DNA of 15,760 nucleotides from Pseudomonadota bacterium (GTDB lineage Bacteria; Pseudomonadota; Alphaproteobacteria; Rhizobiales; JACESI01): NCBI GenBank assembly GCA_039180865.1, contig JBCDCZ010000085.1, positions 1 to 15,760 of the forward strand, read 5' to 3'. Shown piece by piece: positions 7,498 to 15,760 of this stretch (position 1 is its first letter; each line of letters starts with the position of its first letter). The notes under the pieces were generated by a model. It saw only the letters and a program-made list of their open reading frames with translations, ran no database searches and was not told where the DNA came from. The position numbers and the translations under genes were made by a program.

Positions 7498-7588
7498 ATC
7501 TGGGTAGAATATATGTGAGATCTCTTAAGCAGGCGTTCTTCAGAAAGGTAAGAAATATGTAAATGTCATGCAAAAGAGGGCGGTGCGA

Positions 7589-8542
7589 TCAAGCCCGCGA
7601 AGGTGACCGGCGCGGCAATGGCGGGACCGCAGGCGGTGTAGGGCGCTTTGCCCGCAATGATGCCGCGAATTTGGCGATCGATTGCTGGTAGATCGTTGCA
7701 GCGTTCCAGGTTTTGATGACTTCGAAATTATGCGTGCCGGGCCCGTACGGTTCACCCGCTCTCCAGCCATGTCCCACAAGGTAATTGGCTGTGGACGCAA
7801 GAAGATCGGGCACCGATCTCACAAGATCGACTTTTCCATCCCTGTCGAAGTCGACTCCATAGGCGACATAGTTGGCTGCGAGAAATTGGGTCTGACCGAT
7901 TTCACCGTGCCGCGCGCCGCGCAGTTCCGAGCGCGAGAGCCATCCCTGGTCAACGATTTTCAAGGCAGCGATCAGGTGCGGGCGGAAGAAATCCGGGCGA
8001 CGGCAATCATGGGTCAATGTTGCAACCGACGTAATCACATCCCAGTCACCGGTGTATTTTCCAAAGGCGGTCTCCATGCCCCAGATCGTCACGACCACCT
8101 CGCGAGGGACGCCAAACCTCTTCTCAACGGCTGCAAAGGTTTGTGCGTGCTTGCGCAGTTTCCCGAGCGATGGACGCGTTAGACCGGTGGTGCGCAGTTT
8201 GTAAAACGCGTTGAAATCCTTCTTGAATGCCTTGCGCTGGATGCGGTCGAACCGGATAACTTCGCGGGAATATTGCGTTGATTTCAGCGCTTCGCGTCCG
8301 CGTTTTCCGATACCCTCCTGCTTGGCGATCTTGTCAAAGGCTTTCTTGAAGGCGGAAAATCCGTTGCCGTTGTTGCTGCATTGCAAGGCTAATGCCGGGG
8401 TGGAAAGCGTGACAACAAAACCAATGAGGGCGAGTTTCAAAGTCCGGTTCATTCCTGCACTCCCTTGAGGATGGCGGATTTCTGTCTTCGAATTGGCACT
8501 ATGCTTCACGAAGGTGAACATAAGTTTGCGGTGAAAGGCCAC
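7589..8542 (-). CDS. Lytic murein transglycosylase, MltB/Slt35-like family
   Basis: Motifs VVTIWGMETAFGKYTG, EIGQTQF and DFDRDGKVDL. The signal peptide starts at the internal Met (MNRTLKLALIGFVVTLSTPALA). The annotated start appears to be GTG. Confidence 0.8.
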   Translation of the reverse strand: MAFHRKLMFTFVKHSANSKTEIRHPQGSAGMNRTLKLALIGFVVTLSTPALALQCSNNGNGFSAFKKAFDKIAKQEGIGKRGREALKSTQYSREVIRFDRIQRKAFKKDFNAFYKLRTTGLTRPSLGKLRKHAQTFAAVEKRFGVPREVVVTIWGMETAFGKYTGDWDVITSVATLTHDCRRPDFFRPHLIAALKIVDQGWLSRSELRGARHGEIGQTQFLAANYVAYGVDFDRDGKVDLVRSVPDLLASTANYLVGHGWRAGEPYGPGTHNFEVIKTWNAATIYQQSIAKFAASLRAKRPTPPAVPPLPRRSPSRA

Positions 8543-8616
8543 AGAAAAATGCCTTCGACATTACGGACGCCATAGCGAGGTGGTCTTCCTGCTCCACAGG
8601 CGGTCTTTTCAATTTC

Positions 8617-9168
8617 CTAATCCCGTTCAAGGAGATGCTCCCACTCATTGTATCCGGCAGCGCTGAGCGCATCCACGGCTGCGCCAAATCCGGGTGCTTC
8701 GCGGTCCCGCCGAAACCGGGTCTGTCTTAGTCCAATGATGTGTTGGGAGGGCAAGTGGTTTTGTATTGCACCGGCAATTACGAGCGCCAGATACCAATCA
8801 TAGGGCGGGTCGAAGCGTTCGGGCGTTGCGGCCTGATAGGTGCGCGTGTTGACGGTGCTGCCGTTTTCCAGGGAGACGATAAAGTCGTGATGCCTTTCAT
8901 ATCGCACAGGATCATTGGTTCTGTGTGTTCCTTCTGCCCGGTCCAGATGCGGCTGCTCGGCCTCATCTATTGCGTAGACAGCCCCTGCCACGACACTGCC
9001 AGGCCTCTTCCTGATGTTGCATTTACCGGAGAGGTCGATGCTGGATTTCGAAAAATCGAACCGATAATTGTCTGCGATGGCTCGACCGACGAGCTCAGCG
9101 CTCGGGCAGCGGGCCTTAAGGCGTTCGCCCAAAAGGTTTGATCCATATGCGAAATAGAAGAACTTCAT
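8617..9168 (-). CDS. Gamma-glutamylcyclotransferase (GGCT/AIG2-like) family protein
   Basis: N-terminal YFAYGSNL motif, diagnostic of the GGCT fold. Confidence 0.8.
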   Translation of the reverse strand: MKFFYFAYGSNLLGERLKARCPSAELVGRAIADNYRFDFSKSSIDLSGKCNIRKRPGSVVAGAVYAIDEAEQPHLDRAEGTHRTNDPVRYERHHDFIVSLENGSTVNTRTYQAATPERFDPPYDWYLALVIAGAIQNHLPSQHIIGLRQTRFRRDREAPGFGAAVDALSAAGYNEWEHLLERD

Positions 9169-9210
9169 CCACCGGATGCTAACCGCAAACCGTCAGATTT
9201 TTAAAGGCAA

Positions 9211-9238
9211 AGAAAAACGCCCGCGCGGGGCGGGCGTT
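9211..9238 (-). terminator. Intrinsic terminator downstream of the MCP gene
   Basis: The minus strand reads aacgcccgccccgcgcgggcgtt followed by tttctttgcc. Confidence 0.65.
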
Positions 9239-9275
9239 GAAGATTGGCGACTTTATAGAGAGAGCCGACGGACCA

Positions 9276-10976
9276 TTATGCGGCCCTGACCTCGGCCAGG
9301 AAGCTTCCAAGTTCGCCGACGAGGCGCTGCGATTGGGTCTTGAGTTCCTGTGTGGCCATGCGCAGACCTTCTGCAGCCACTTGCGAATTCCCGGCATCTT
9401 CGCCAATCACATTGATCTGGTTTTGGATGTCGCCGCTTCCTGTTGCTGCACTTCCGGCATTGCGTGCAATATCGCCGGTGACGAGTTGTTGTTCCTGCAT
9501 GGTCGCTGAGACCTTTTTGGAGAATTCATCCACTTCGCTGATATTGTTCGAAATGGCCAGGATCGATTCTGCCGAATGTTTGGTCGCAGCCGATATTTCG
9601 GATACCTTGCTGTCAATCGTTTCGGTTGCCTTTGCCGTCTGCGCCGCGAGCGCCTTGACTTCGGTTGCGACCACAGCGAAGCCCTTGCCAGCCTCGCCGG
9701 CCCGTGCCGCTTCGATGGTGGCATTCAGCGCAAGCAGATTGGTTTGCTCGGCAATATCCTGAATGAGGGCCAGGACCGAGTTAATTTCATCCACAGAGGC
9801 TGATAGCGAAGACATCTCACCGGAGGCAGTCTTTGAAGCCGACACTGCGTTTTCAATGAGAGTACCGGTGCGCTGGACCTGTGTGCTGATTTCGGAAATC
9901 GAGCTGTCAAGCTCTTCGGTTGCACTTGCCACGGCGGACACACTTTCAGAAGCCGAAGAGACGGAACCCAGGGATTGATCAACCCGTTCTTTCGTTTGAT
10001 GGGCAGCATCCGCCACGTTGACTACGAGATCATAAATGCTTGTCGAGGATGAATTGACGGCTTCAGCGATCGCGGAGACCTGCTCTTCGAAGCGATCTGC
10101 AAGCTTCAACATCTCGCAACGGCGGCGTTCTTCTGCTGCCTTGCGGTCTTCCGCGCGGCTCTGTTCCAGTTCCTTGACTTCCTGTGATTTTGTTCTGAAC
10201 GTCTCGATGGACCGACACATTGCCCCGAGTTCATTTGTGCCTTGAATATTGGGGATCTCGGCGTCGAGATTTCCATTAGCAATCTCTGACAAAGATACGG
10301 TTGCCGATTTGACGGTGTTTACCGTTGCGCGGTTTAACAGGAAACTCACGCCGAACCCTGCGACCGTGCCGATGATCGCAATCATGAGGAAGAATTGCTG
10401 ACTGCTTTCTCCGTTGCTTTTGAGAGCACCAACAATATCATTTGAGCGCACCGCGTCCGCGTCTTGAGCCTCGCGCATGAGACCGATGATGTTTTCAAAG
10501 CTTTCGTCGGTGTTGCCGAGCAGGGTAACTGCAATGGAAACGTCAATGGCGGCCATCTCGATGACACCAGCGACGGCCTCTTGATATGTCATCAATTGGT
10601 CATGAATTCCGGTAAGCCGGACATGCTGCGGGGATCCTTCAGGCACAGTGTCGACTGTCGATTTCACTTCATTGATGAGCGTGTCGATTGTCGAGGTCGC
10701 CTGATCGGAGATCTTCGTCAGTTTGTCGACGGACAAACCGCTGTTTGCCAGTGAAGCAAAACGAAAGATCCGGATTTGCGCATCGGTAAGCTTTTGTTTG
10801 AGTTCCGCGTATTTGATCATCGTCGGGATAATGTCATCCGAGACTCGCGCAAGAGCTTGCGAGCTCTCCTGTAGGCCGCGGTTTCCCATGAATGTGACAA
10901 GCATCAATGATGCGATGAGAATCACCAGGCCGATGAGGCTGGTTACGCCAATAGACACGTTGTTTATGATTTTCAT
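9276..10976 (-). CDS. Methyl-accepting chemotaxis protein (two TM segments, ~165 aa helical periplasmic region, HAMP, MCP signalling domain)
   Basis: Highly conserved MCP signalling segment [39 protein letters not shown]-terminal [23 protein letters not shown] and a second TM around residues 195-215. Confidence 0.9.
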   Translation of the reverse strand: MKIINNVSIGVTSLIGLVILIASLMLVTFMGNRGLQESSQALARVSDDIIPTMIKYAELKQKLTDAQIRIFRFASLANSGLSVDKLTKISDQATSTIDTLINEVKSTVDTVPEGSPQHVRLTGIHDQLMTYQEAVAGVIEMAAIDVSIAVTLLGNTDESFENIIGLMREAQDADAVRSNDIVGALKSNGESSQQFFLMIAIIGTVAGFGVSFLLNRATVNTVKSATVSLSEIANGNLDAEIPNIQGTNELGAMCRSIETFRTKSQEVKELEQSRAEDRKAAEERRRCEMLKLADRFEEQVSAIAEAVNSSSTSIYDLVVNVADAAHQTKERVDQSLGSVSSASESVSAVASATEELDSSISEISTQVQRTGTLIENAVSASKTASGEMSSLSASVDEINSVLALIQDIAEQTNLLALNATIEAARAGEAGKGFAVVATEVKALAAQTAKATETIDSKVSEISAATKHSAESILAISNNISEVDEFSKKVSATMQEQQLVTGDIARNAGSAATGSGDIQNQINVIGEDAGNSQVAAEGLRMATQELKTQSQRLVGELGSFLAEVRAA

Positions 10977-11000
10977 TTCCCGACCCCAGGTGATGTGCGC

Positions 11001-11036
11001 GAAAAAGTCCCTGCCCGGGGAGGTGCGGGCAGGGAT
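11001..11036 (-). terminator. Intrinsic terminator between the Cache gene and the MCP gene
   Basis: The minus strand reads tccctgcccg-cacctccc-cgggcaggga (10 bp stem) followed by ctttttcgcgc. Confidence 0.6.
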
Positions 11037-11054
11037 CAGTTCGTGGAGAGTTTC

Positions 11055-11516
11055 TTATTTTGGATGGATCCCAACGCCCACGAAGTAGTCGGAGCCAATG
11101 TTCTCAATGAACGCGCTCTTATCTTCGATCTTGTTTGAAACAGGGTTTGGCCATTTGTAATCGACCCAGCCGTCGCCACCTGCGGCCGCAAGCTTGATCA
11201 TTTCCTTTACGAAGAACGTTCCCTCAGCATCTTTGATGCCGCTGATGTTCTTGCCGACAAGTGAAGGCTTCGCGCCGTGGGCGACGATGGTTCCGTCCAT
11301 TTTGAACATGAAGGGATACAGGTCGCGGTCGACGAATTTCTTGGCCGTGACAGCCTCAAACGTCTTTTCAGTACCTTCCGCCTCGACCATGTCGATCACG
11401 GCATAAACCATTGTCTTCGCTTCTTCAGCTGTCCCGCCTTCAGAGGCATGGAGCGGGAGTACGCTCGCAGCGAAGAAAGCGCAGGCAAATGCCGCTTTCA
11501 TGATTGTTTTTATCAT
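11055..11516 (-). CDS. Secreted single-Cache_2 (sCache_2) domain protein with signal peptide
   Basis: Signal peptide MIKTIMKAAFACAFFAASVLPLHA. The body matches the sCache_2 pattern (YPFMFKMDGTIVAHGAKPSLVGKN...DAEGTFFVKEMIKLAAAGGDGWVDYKWPNP...KSAFIENIGSDYFVGVGIH). Confidence 0.75.
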   Translation of the reverse strand: MIKTIMKAAFACAFFAASVLPLHASEGGTAEEAKTMVYAVIDMVEAEGTEKTFEAVTAKKFVDRDLYPFMFKMDGTIVAHGAKPSLVGKNISGIKDAEGTFFVKEMIKLAAAGGDGWVDYKWPNPVSNKIEDKSAFIENIGSDYFVGVGIHPK

Positions 11517-11564
11517 ATTTATCCTGCCTTTTTGTAGTGAAACGGGCTATTTCTGCAGCCCTGT

Positions 11565-11710
11565 GGCAGATTTAACTGTTGTTTTATTAAGATTGAGTTC
11601 ACGTAAACTTTATTGCAGTAGTGATAAATCTTATAAGTTACATATGTTTTCTTATTTTTATTATAAAATACAAAAATAAATCATATTGGTAAGTCTAATA
11701 GATCAACATG
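11565..11710. promoter_or_regulatory. Extremely AT-rich (~20% GC) segment in the divergent intergenic region between the Cache-MCP genes and the iorAB-like operon
   Basis: Counted 24 G+C in 11581-11700. It contains runs such as ttattataaaatacaaaaataaatcatatt. Confidence 0.4.
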
Positions 11711-11782
11711 GTGTTTTGAGTTGCGGCTTCGCGAGGCCAAATGGGGCTTTGGAAGGCGATAGGTAAAATCACGTTGCCATTG

Positions 11783-11798
11783 TGCATTAAGATGCACA
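11783..11798. promoter_or_regulatory. 16-bp palindrome GTGCATTAAGATGCAC about 75 bp upstream of the iorA-like start
   Basis: Perfect inverted repeat GTGCAT-TAAG-ATGCAC. TGCAT recurs just downstream. Confidence 0.35.
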
Positions 11799-11871
11799 CC
11801 TTCCTTGCATCTCCGTTCCAAAACCATACATGCACCGGCAGCGCTATTCTGCGCAGTGAGACGGGGAAATC

Positions 11872-12330
11872 ATGGTTCAATTTACTGTTAATGGCGAAGC
11901 GAAGACGGTCGACGTCGACGCTGACACGCCACTTTTGTGGGTTCTTCGCGATGAACTCCAGATGACGGGCACGAAATTCGGATGTGGTGTTGCGTCTTGT
12001 GGTGCCTGTACCGTTCACCTTGACGGTGTACCGGTTCGCTCATGTCAGACACCGGTCGAAAGTATCGAGGGTGCATCTATTACGACTATCGAGGGCATCG
12101 AAGGAAAAGCGGCAAGTGCGATCCAAACCGCCTGGGCGGAATTGAATGTTCCGCAGTGCGGATATTGCCAATCCGGGCAGATTATGTCTGCAAGTGCGCT
12201 GCTTTCCGAGAACGCAAAGCCCACCAATGATGATATTGATGCCGCTATGGAAGGCAACGTCTGTAGATGCGCGACCTATGTCCGCATCCGTGCCGCCATC
12301 CACCGCGCCGCCGAACTGATGGAGGCCTAG
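11872..12330 (+). CDS. (2Fe-2S)-binding small subunit of an aldehyde/isoquinoline oxidoreductase-type molybdoenzyme (IorA/CoxS-like)
   Basis: Two [2Fe-2S] cysteine clusters ([27 protein letters not shown]). The stop overlaps the start of the next gene (TAGATG). Confidence 0.85.
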   Translation: MVQFTVNGEAKTVDVDADTPLLWVLRDELQMTGTKFGCGVASCGACTVHLDGVPVRSCQTPVESIEGASITTIEGIEGKAASAIQTAWAELNVPQCGYCQSGQIMSASALLSENAKPTNDDIDAAMEGNVCRCATYVRIRAAIHRAAELMEA

Positions 12331-14523
12331 ATGCTGCATTATCTGGAAAAACCGGTTGAGAGCGCACTGAAAAGCGCAAAACCGAGCCGTAGGACAATTT
12401 TGAAAGCCACCGCAGGGATTGCGGGCGGGCTCCTCATCGGGGCGATGCTTCCGCGTGGGACTGGCTTTGCCGAAGCGGCAAGTGCTGAAGACATGGTCAC
12501 GCCGTTCGTCCACATCACCCCGGACAACACCGTGACCGTTATTTTGAAGCACCTTGACAAAGGGCAGGGGACAGCAACCGGCCTCGCAACGCTGGTCGCC
12601 GACGAACTCGATGCATCGGCCGAACAAGTGACAGTCGATTTCGCTCCGTCTGATGTCGAAGTCTACAAGAACCTCGCTTTTGGTATTCAAGGTACCGGCG
12701 GTTCGACGGCAATCGCCAATTCATTTGACCAGTATCGACGCGCTGGTGCGACCGCAAAAGCTCTGCTAATAGCTGCTGCAGCGAAGGAATGGGGCGTATC
12801 GGAGAGCGAGATCTCAATTGAAAACGGCGTGATTTCCGGTGCGGGCAAAAGTGCCACCTTCGGAGAGCTTGCCGGTAAAGCCGCGAAACTCCCGACACCG
12901 AACGACGTTACGTTGAAGACACCGAGCGAATGGAAGTATATCGGAAAGTCGTTCCCGCGTGTCGATATTCCGAAAAAGACAACCGGTTCGGTCGGTCTTT
13001 ATGGAATGGATGTGCAGCTTGACGACATGGTTGTCGCCGTGACTGCGCGTCCGCCTCGCTTTGGCGGCAAAGTTAAAACCTTCGATGAGGCGGCTGCCAA
13101 AGAGGTCAAAGGTGTCATCGATGTGATTGCGATCCCGCAAGGGGTCACTGTGATTGCCGAAAACACATGGTCCGCTATCCAAGGCCGTGAAGCACTCGAT
13201 ATCGAATGGGATTTCGTTGAAGCAGAAAACCGCAGCAGTGACACGATCCTCTCAGAGTATCGTTCGCTTGCGAGTGAGAAGGGTATTGCCTCAAAGCAAA
13301 GCGGAGATGCGGCAGCAAAACTTGCATCCGCCAAGACCATCGTTGAAGCCGAATATGCCTTCCCATTCCTCAATCATGCACAAATGGAACCGCTTGACGT
13401 CGCCATTCTTTATGACGGTAAGCAGGCCACGTTCTGGACTGGATCGCAGCTCCAGACAATGGACCATCAGATCGGAGCTCAAGTCCTCGGTCTCGATCCT
13501 GCCAACGTGAAGATCAATACGCTCTGGGCGGGTGGATCTTTCGGTCGGCGAGCGATCTACGATAGTCATTACGTTGCAGAAGCGGCGATGATTGCCAAGA
13601 CATGGGGCAAGGCCCAGCCGATCAAGCTTGTCTACACGCGCGAAGACGATGTCAAAGGCGGGTATTACCGTCCGATGGTCGTTCACAAAGTGAAAGCGGG
13701 TGTTGATGAAAACGGCGCAATTTCGGGCTGGCAGCACCGCATTGTCGGGCAGGGCATCCTGTTCGGTACTGCTTTCGAGGCCTATGCCGTAAAGAATGGT
13801 GTCGATAATTCACTCGTCGAAGGGGTTTCTGACACAACGTATGATCTTACTGATTTCGATGTGGATGTTCATCACCCCAAACTCGGTGTCCCGGTTCTGT
13901 GGTGGCGGGCTGTGGGGCACACCCACACCGCCTATGTGATGGAAACCATGATGGATGAGCTCGCCGTCGCTGCGGGTGAGGATCCAGTCTCGTTCCGTCT
14001 GAAACATCTTGCCAACGATCCTCGGCTTGCCGGGGTCCTGAAGCTTGCTGCAGAAAAAGCAGGGTGGTCGACACCCCCTCAGGAAGGGCGTCATCGAGGC
14101 GTTGCCGTCCATAAGAGCTTCAACTCCTATGTTGCGGAAATTGCCGAAGTCTCGATGCGGGATGATGACACCGTTAAGGTTGAAAAGGTTGTCTGCGCCG
14201 TCGATTGCGGGGTGCCGGTCAATCCGGACAATATTCGCGCGCAAATTGAAGGTGGGCTTGGATACGGTCTTTCTGCGATTTTGCGTGAGGAGGTAACGTT
14301 GACGGACGGTGAGGTCGATCAGTCGAACTATTATGACTATCTTCCACTCCGCATCACCGACATGCCGGACGTCGAGGTTCATATCGTTGCATCGAGCGAA
14401 GCGCCTACGGGCGTCGGGGAGCCAGGTACGCCGCCAATAGGTCCGGCTGTCGCAAACGCGGTCTATAAGGCGACCGGCCAACGTGTCCGCGATCTGCCTT
14501 TCGCAAAGCACGGCCTCGCCTGA
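12331..14523 (+). CDS. Molybdopterin-binding large subunit of the xanthine dehydrogenase family (IorB-like) with Tat signal
   Basis: N-terminal twin-arginine motif SRRTILKATAGIAGGLLIGAML. 730 aa, typical of IorB/aldehyde oxidoreductase beta subunits. Translationally coupled to the upstream 2Fe-2S subunit. Confidence 0.85.
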   Translation: MLHYLEKPVESALKSAKPSRRTILKATAGIAGGLLIGAMLPRGTGFAEAASAEDMVTPFVHITPDNTVTVILKHLDKGQGTATGLATLVADELDASAEQVTVDFAPSDVEVYKNLAFGIQGTGGSTAIANSFDQYRRAGATAKALLIAAAAKEWGVSESEISIENGVISGAGKSATFGELAGKAAKLPTPNDVTLKTPSEWKYIGKSFPRVDIPKKTTGSVGLYGMDVQLDDMVVAVTARPPRFGGKVKTFDEAAAKEVKGVIDVIAIPQGVTVIAENTWSAIQGREALDIEWDFVEAENRSSDTILSEYRSLASEKGIASKQSGDAAAKLASAKTIVEAEYAFPFLNHAQMEPLDVAILYDGKQATFWTGSQLQTMDHQIGAQVLGLDPANVKINTLWAGGSFGRRAIYDSHYVAEAAMIAKTWGKAQPIKLVYTREDDVKGGYYRPMVVHKVKAGVDENGAISGWQHRIVGQGILFGTAFEAYAVKNGVDNSLVEGVSDTTYDLTDFDVDVHHPKLGVPVLWWRAVGHTHTAYVMETMMDELAVAAGEDPVSFRLKHLANDPRLAGVLKLAAEKAGWSTPPQEGRHRGVAVHKSFNSYVAEIAEVSMRDDDTVKVEKVVCAVDCGVPVNPDNIRAQIEGGLGYGLSAILREEVTLTDGEVDQSNYYDYLPLRITDMPDVEVHIVASSEAPTGVGEPGTPPIGPAVANAVYKATGQRVRDLPFAKHGLA

Positions 14524-14540
14524 TTTTTTGAAATAGCAAG

Positions 14541-14575
14541 GCGGCCGCTCTTGAAAGGGCGGCCGTATCCTTATT
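14541..14575. terminator. GC-rich hairpin between convergent iorB-like and MOSC genes
   Basis: cggccgc-tcttgaaagg-gcggccg stem-loop followed by tatccttatt. Preceded by a T-run on the + strand. Confidence 0.5.
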
Positions 14576-15068
14576 CAGGCTGTGCGTAGTCCAGCCACGG
14601 TTGAACCTCATCGCCCAGCCTGATTTCACCCTCTTCCAGGACTTCCGCACATATACCACCATGCCCCCGCATGGCGTTGTATCCCCCGTTTCCAAGTTCG
14701 GCTTCCATTCGCGAACAGGGTGCGCATAAGCCGGTGCCGCGCAAAACGGCTTCGCCGATCCGGAAAGTCTGGTTTCTGAGAGCAAGCAGCGAAATGCCCG
14801 AGACGGCTATGTTGCGTCGCAACCGAGCCGCCTCAATTGGTGCTTCATCACTCCCGATCAGGCTCGCGATGACCGCAAGATGCTCGTCCTGAATCAAGGT
14901 GACAGTTCGTTTGCCTGCGCGTTTTCTGTGATCGCCTTCAAGGCCTGTCTTGCGCAGCATGACCGCTTCAATGGCCAAAAGAGGAACTTTACGGGCCGGT
15001 CTAACACCGATCCATTGGACTGTGCCCGGTTTGGTGTAGCGGCTGGTAAGAGTAGCAATCGTTTCCAA
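14571..15068 (-). CDS. MOSC domain-containing protein
   Basis: MOSC-type beta-barrel region with the conserved Cys (GTGLCAPCSRME) and GISLLALRNQTFRIGEAVL. Confidence 0.75.
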   Translation of the reverse strand: METIATLTSRYTKPGTVQWIGVRPARKVPLLAIEAVMLRKTGLEGDHRKRAGKRTVTLIQDEHLAVIASLIGSDEAPIEAARLRRNIAVSGISLLALRNQTFRIGEAVLRGTGLCAPCSRMEAELGNGGYNAMRGHGGICAEVLEEGEIRLGDEVQPWLDYAQPE

Positions 15069-15108
15069 GCTTAAGCTGCGATTTTATTGAAAGACCTGTT
15101 AACCGGCT

Positions 15109-15702
15109 TCAGTCGATATCGACTTTTTCGTTAGCCGATAGTGCTTTTCTCAATCGGGTAAAGGCCAGGCGTATCCTCGATTTCACCGTTCCCAGTGGTA
15201 ATTCAAGTTCTTCGGCAATGACGCCGTGAGATTTTCCTTCGAAGAAAGATAGACGGATTAAAATTCGCTGTTCTTCCGGAAGTTCGCGAATTGCATTTCG
15301 GATTTGCTGATCTCTATTGACCGCATCCATGGCCTCGTCATCAGGTTCGAAGCTTTTCGGAAAGACCGTGCTGTCCTCCGGATCAAGCCTGTCGGACTTG
15401 TCCCGCCGAACAAGATCAATGCGCCGATTGCGTGCAATTCTGAAGAGCCAAGTGCCGATTGATGATTTGCGGCGGTCGAAAAGGTGACCCTTGTGCCATA
15501 GGGTCGTAAAGACGTCCTGAATAATCTCCTCCGCGATCGCCTCTTCGCAGTTGAGGCGCATCAAGTACGATTTGAGCCGCGGCGCATAATATTCGAACAG
15601 ATTCGCAAAGGCAGTCTTATCGCGATCTTGCGCCACCTGCTCGGCATAATCGCAAAAAAGCTCGGTCTGGGAGACCGGATTTGGTCCGCTTCCGCCTAAC
15701 AC
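15109..15702 (-). CDS. RNA polymerase ECF-type sigma-70 factor
   Basis: Sigma region 2 (FANLFEYYAPRLKSYLMRL...DVFTTLWHKGHLFD...TWLFRIARNRRIDLVRR). Region 4 HTH (LPEEQRILIRLSFFEGKSHGVIAEELELPLGTVKSRIRLAFTRLRKAL). Confidence 0.9.
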   Translation of the reverse strand: MLGGSGPNPVSQTELFCDYAEQVAQDRDKTAFANLFEYYAPRLKSYLMRLNCEEAIAEEIIQDVFTTLWHKGHLFDRRKSSIGTWLFRIARNRRIDLVRRDKSDRLDPEDSTVFPKSFEPDDEAMDAVNRDQQIRNAIRELPEEQRILIRLSFFEGKSHGVIAEELELPLGTVKSRIRLAFTRLRKALSANEKVDID

Positions 15703-15760
15703 CTTCTCGAAAACTCCTGTCGATGAAGAGTGGATCGTCTCCCCGCGATATCTAGACTAG

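Noticed and set aside
9340-10754. Multiple + strand ORFs (60-140 aa) antisense to the MCP gene
   Set aside because: The MCP signalling domain on the minus strand is unambiguous. The antisense ORFs are Ser/Ala/Arg-rich artefacts.
12040-14511. Long minus-strand ORFs (216 aa, 233 aa, and others) antisense to iorA/iorB-like genes
   Set aside because: The + strand genes have diagnostic Fe-S and Tat motifs and translational coupling. The minus ORFs are Cys/Arg-rich shadows.
1-15760. Looked for CRISPR arrays, IS elements or transposases, integrases and toxin-antitoxin pairs
   Set aside because: No spaced direct-repeat arrays, no terminal inverted repeats flanking an ORF, and no DDE/tyrosine-recombinase-like or small paired ORFs were seen. 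The window's accessory character rests only on lower GC, the tRNA and the paralog array.

Overview
A 15.8 kb chromosomal window from an alphaproteobacterium-like genome, roughly 55-58% GC outside a lower-GC left-hand block. On the + strand it holds a tRNA-Arg(TCT) whose 3' acceptor strand appears to lack one nucleotide, then an SPFH/band-7 protein with an unusual N-terminal domain and no membrane anchor. Three tandem, mutually homologous genes of unknown function follow on the - strand (1812-5282, about 320 aa each). I could not place them in any known family. Each carries a dyad-symmetric TGTnA-N6-TnACA operator about 95-120 bp upstream, and the newest pair shares a terminator repeat. This array next to the tRNA is the main candidate for something undescribed. 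The rest is a co-directional housekeeping-like run on the - strand: gamma-glutamylcyclotransferase-like, MltB-like lytic transglycosylase, DUF1190 (YgiB-like) lipoprotein and a glutathionylspermidine-synthase-family ATP-grasp ligase (YgiC-like). After that come a methyl-accepting chemotaxis protein preceded by a standalone periplasmic sCache_2 protein, a strikingly AT-rich (about 20% GC) divergent promoter region, an IorAB-type (2Fe-2S + Tat-exported molybdopterin) oxidoreductase pair, a MOSC-domain protein and an ECF sigma factor. No integrase, transposase, CRISPR or rRNA is visible. Many long antisense ORFs in the track are GC-driven shadow ORFs. Manual coordinates of short motifs may be off by 1 nt, because hand-indexing against the ORF track showed one unresolved 1-nt disagreement.
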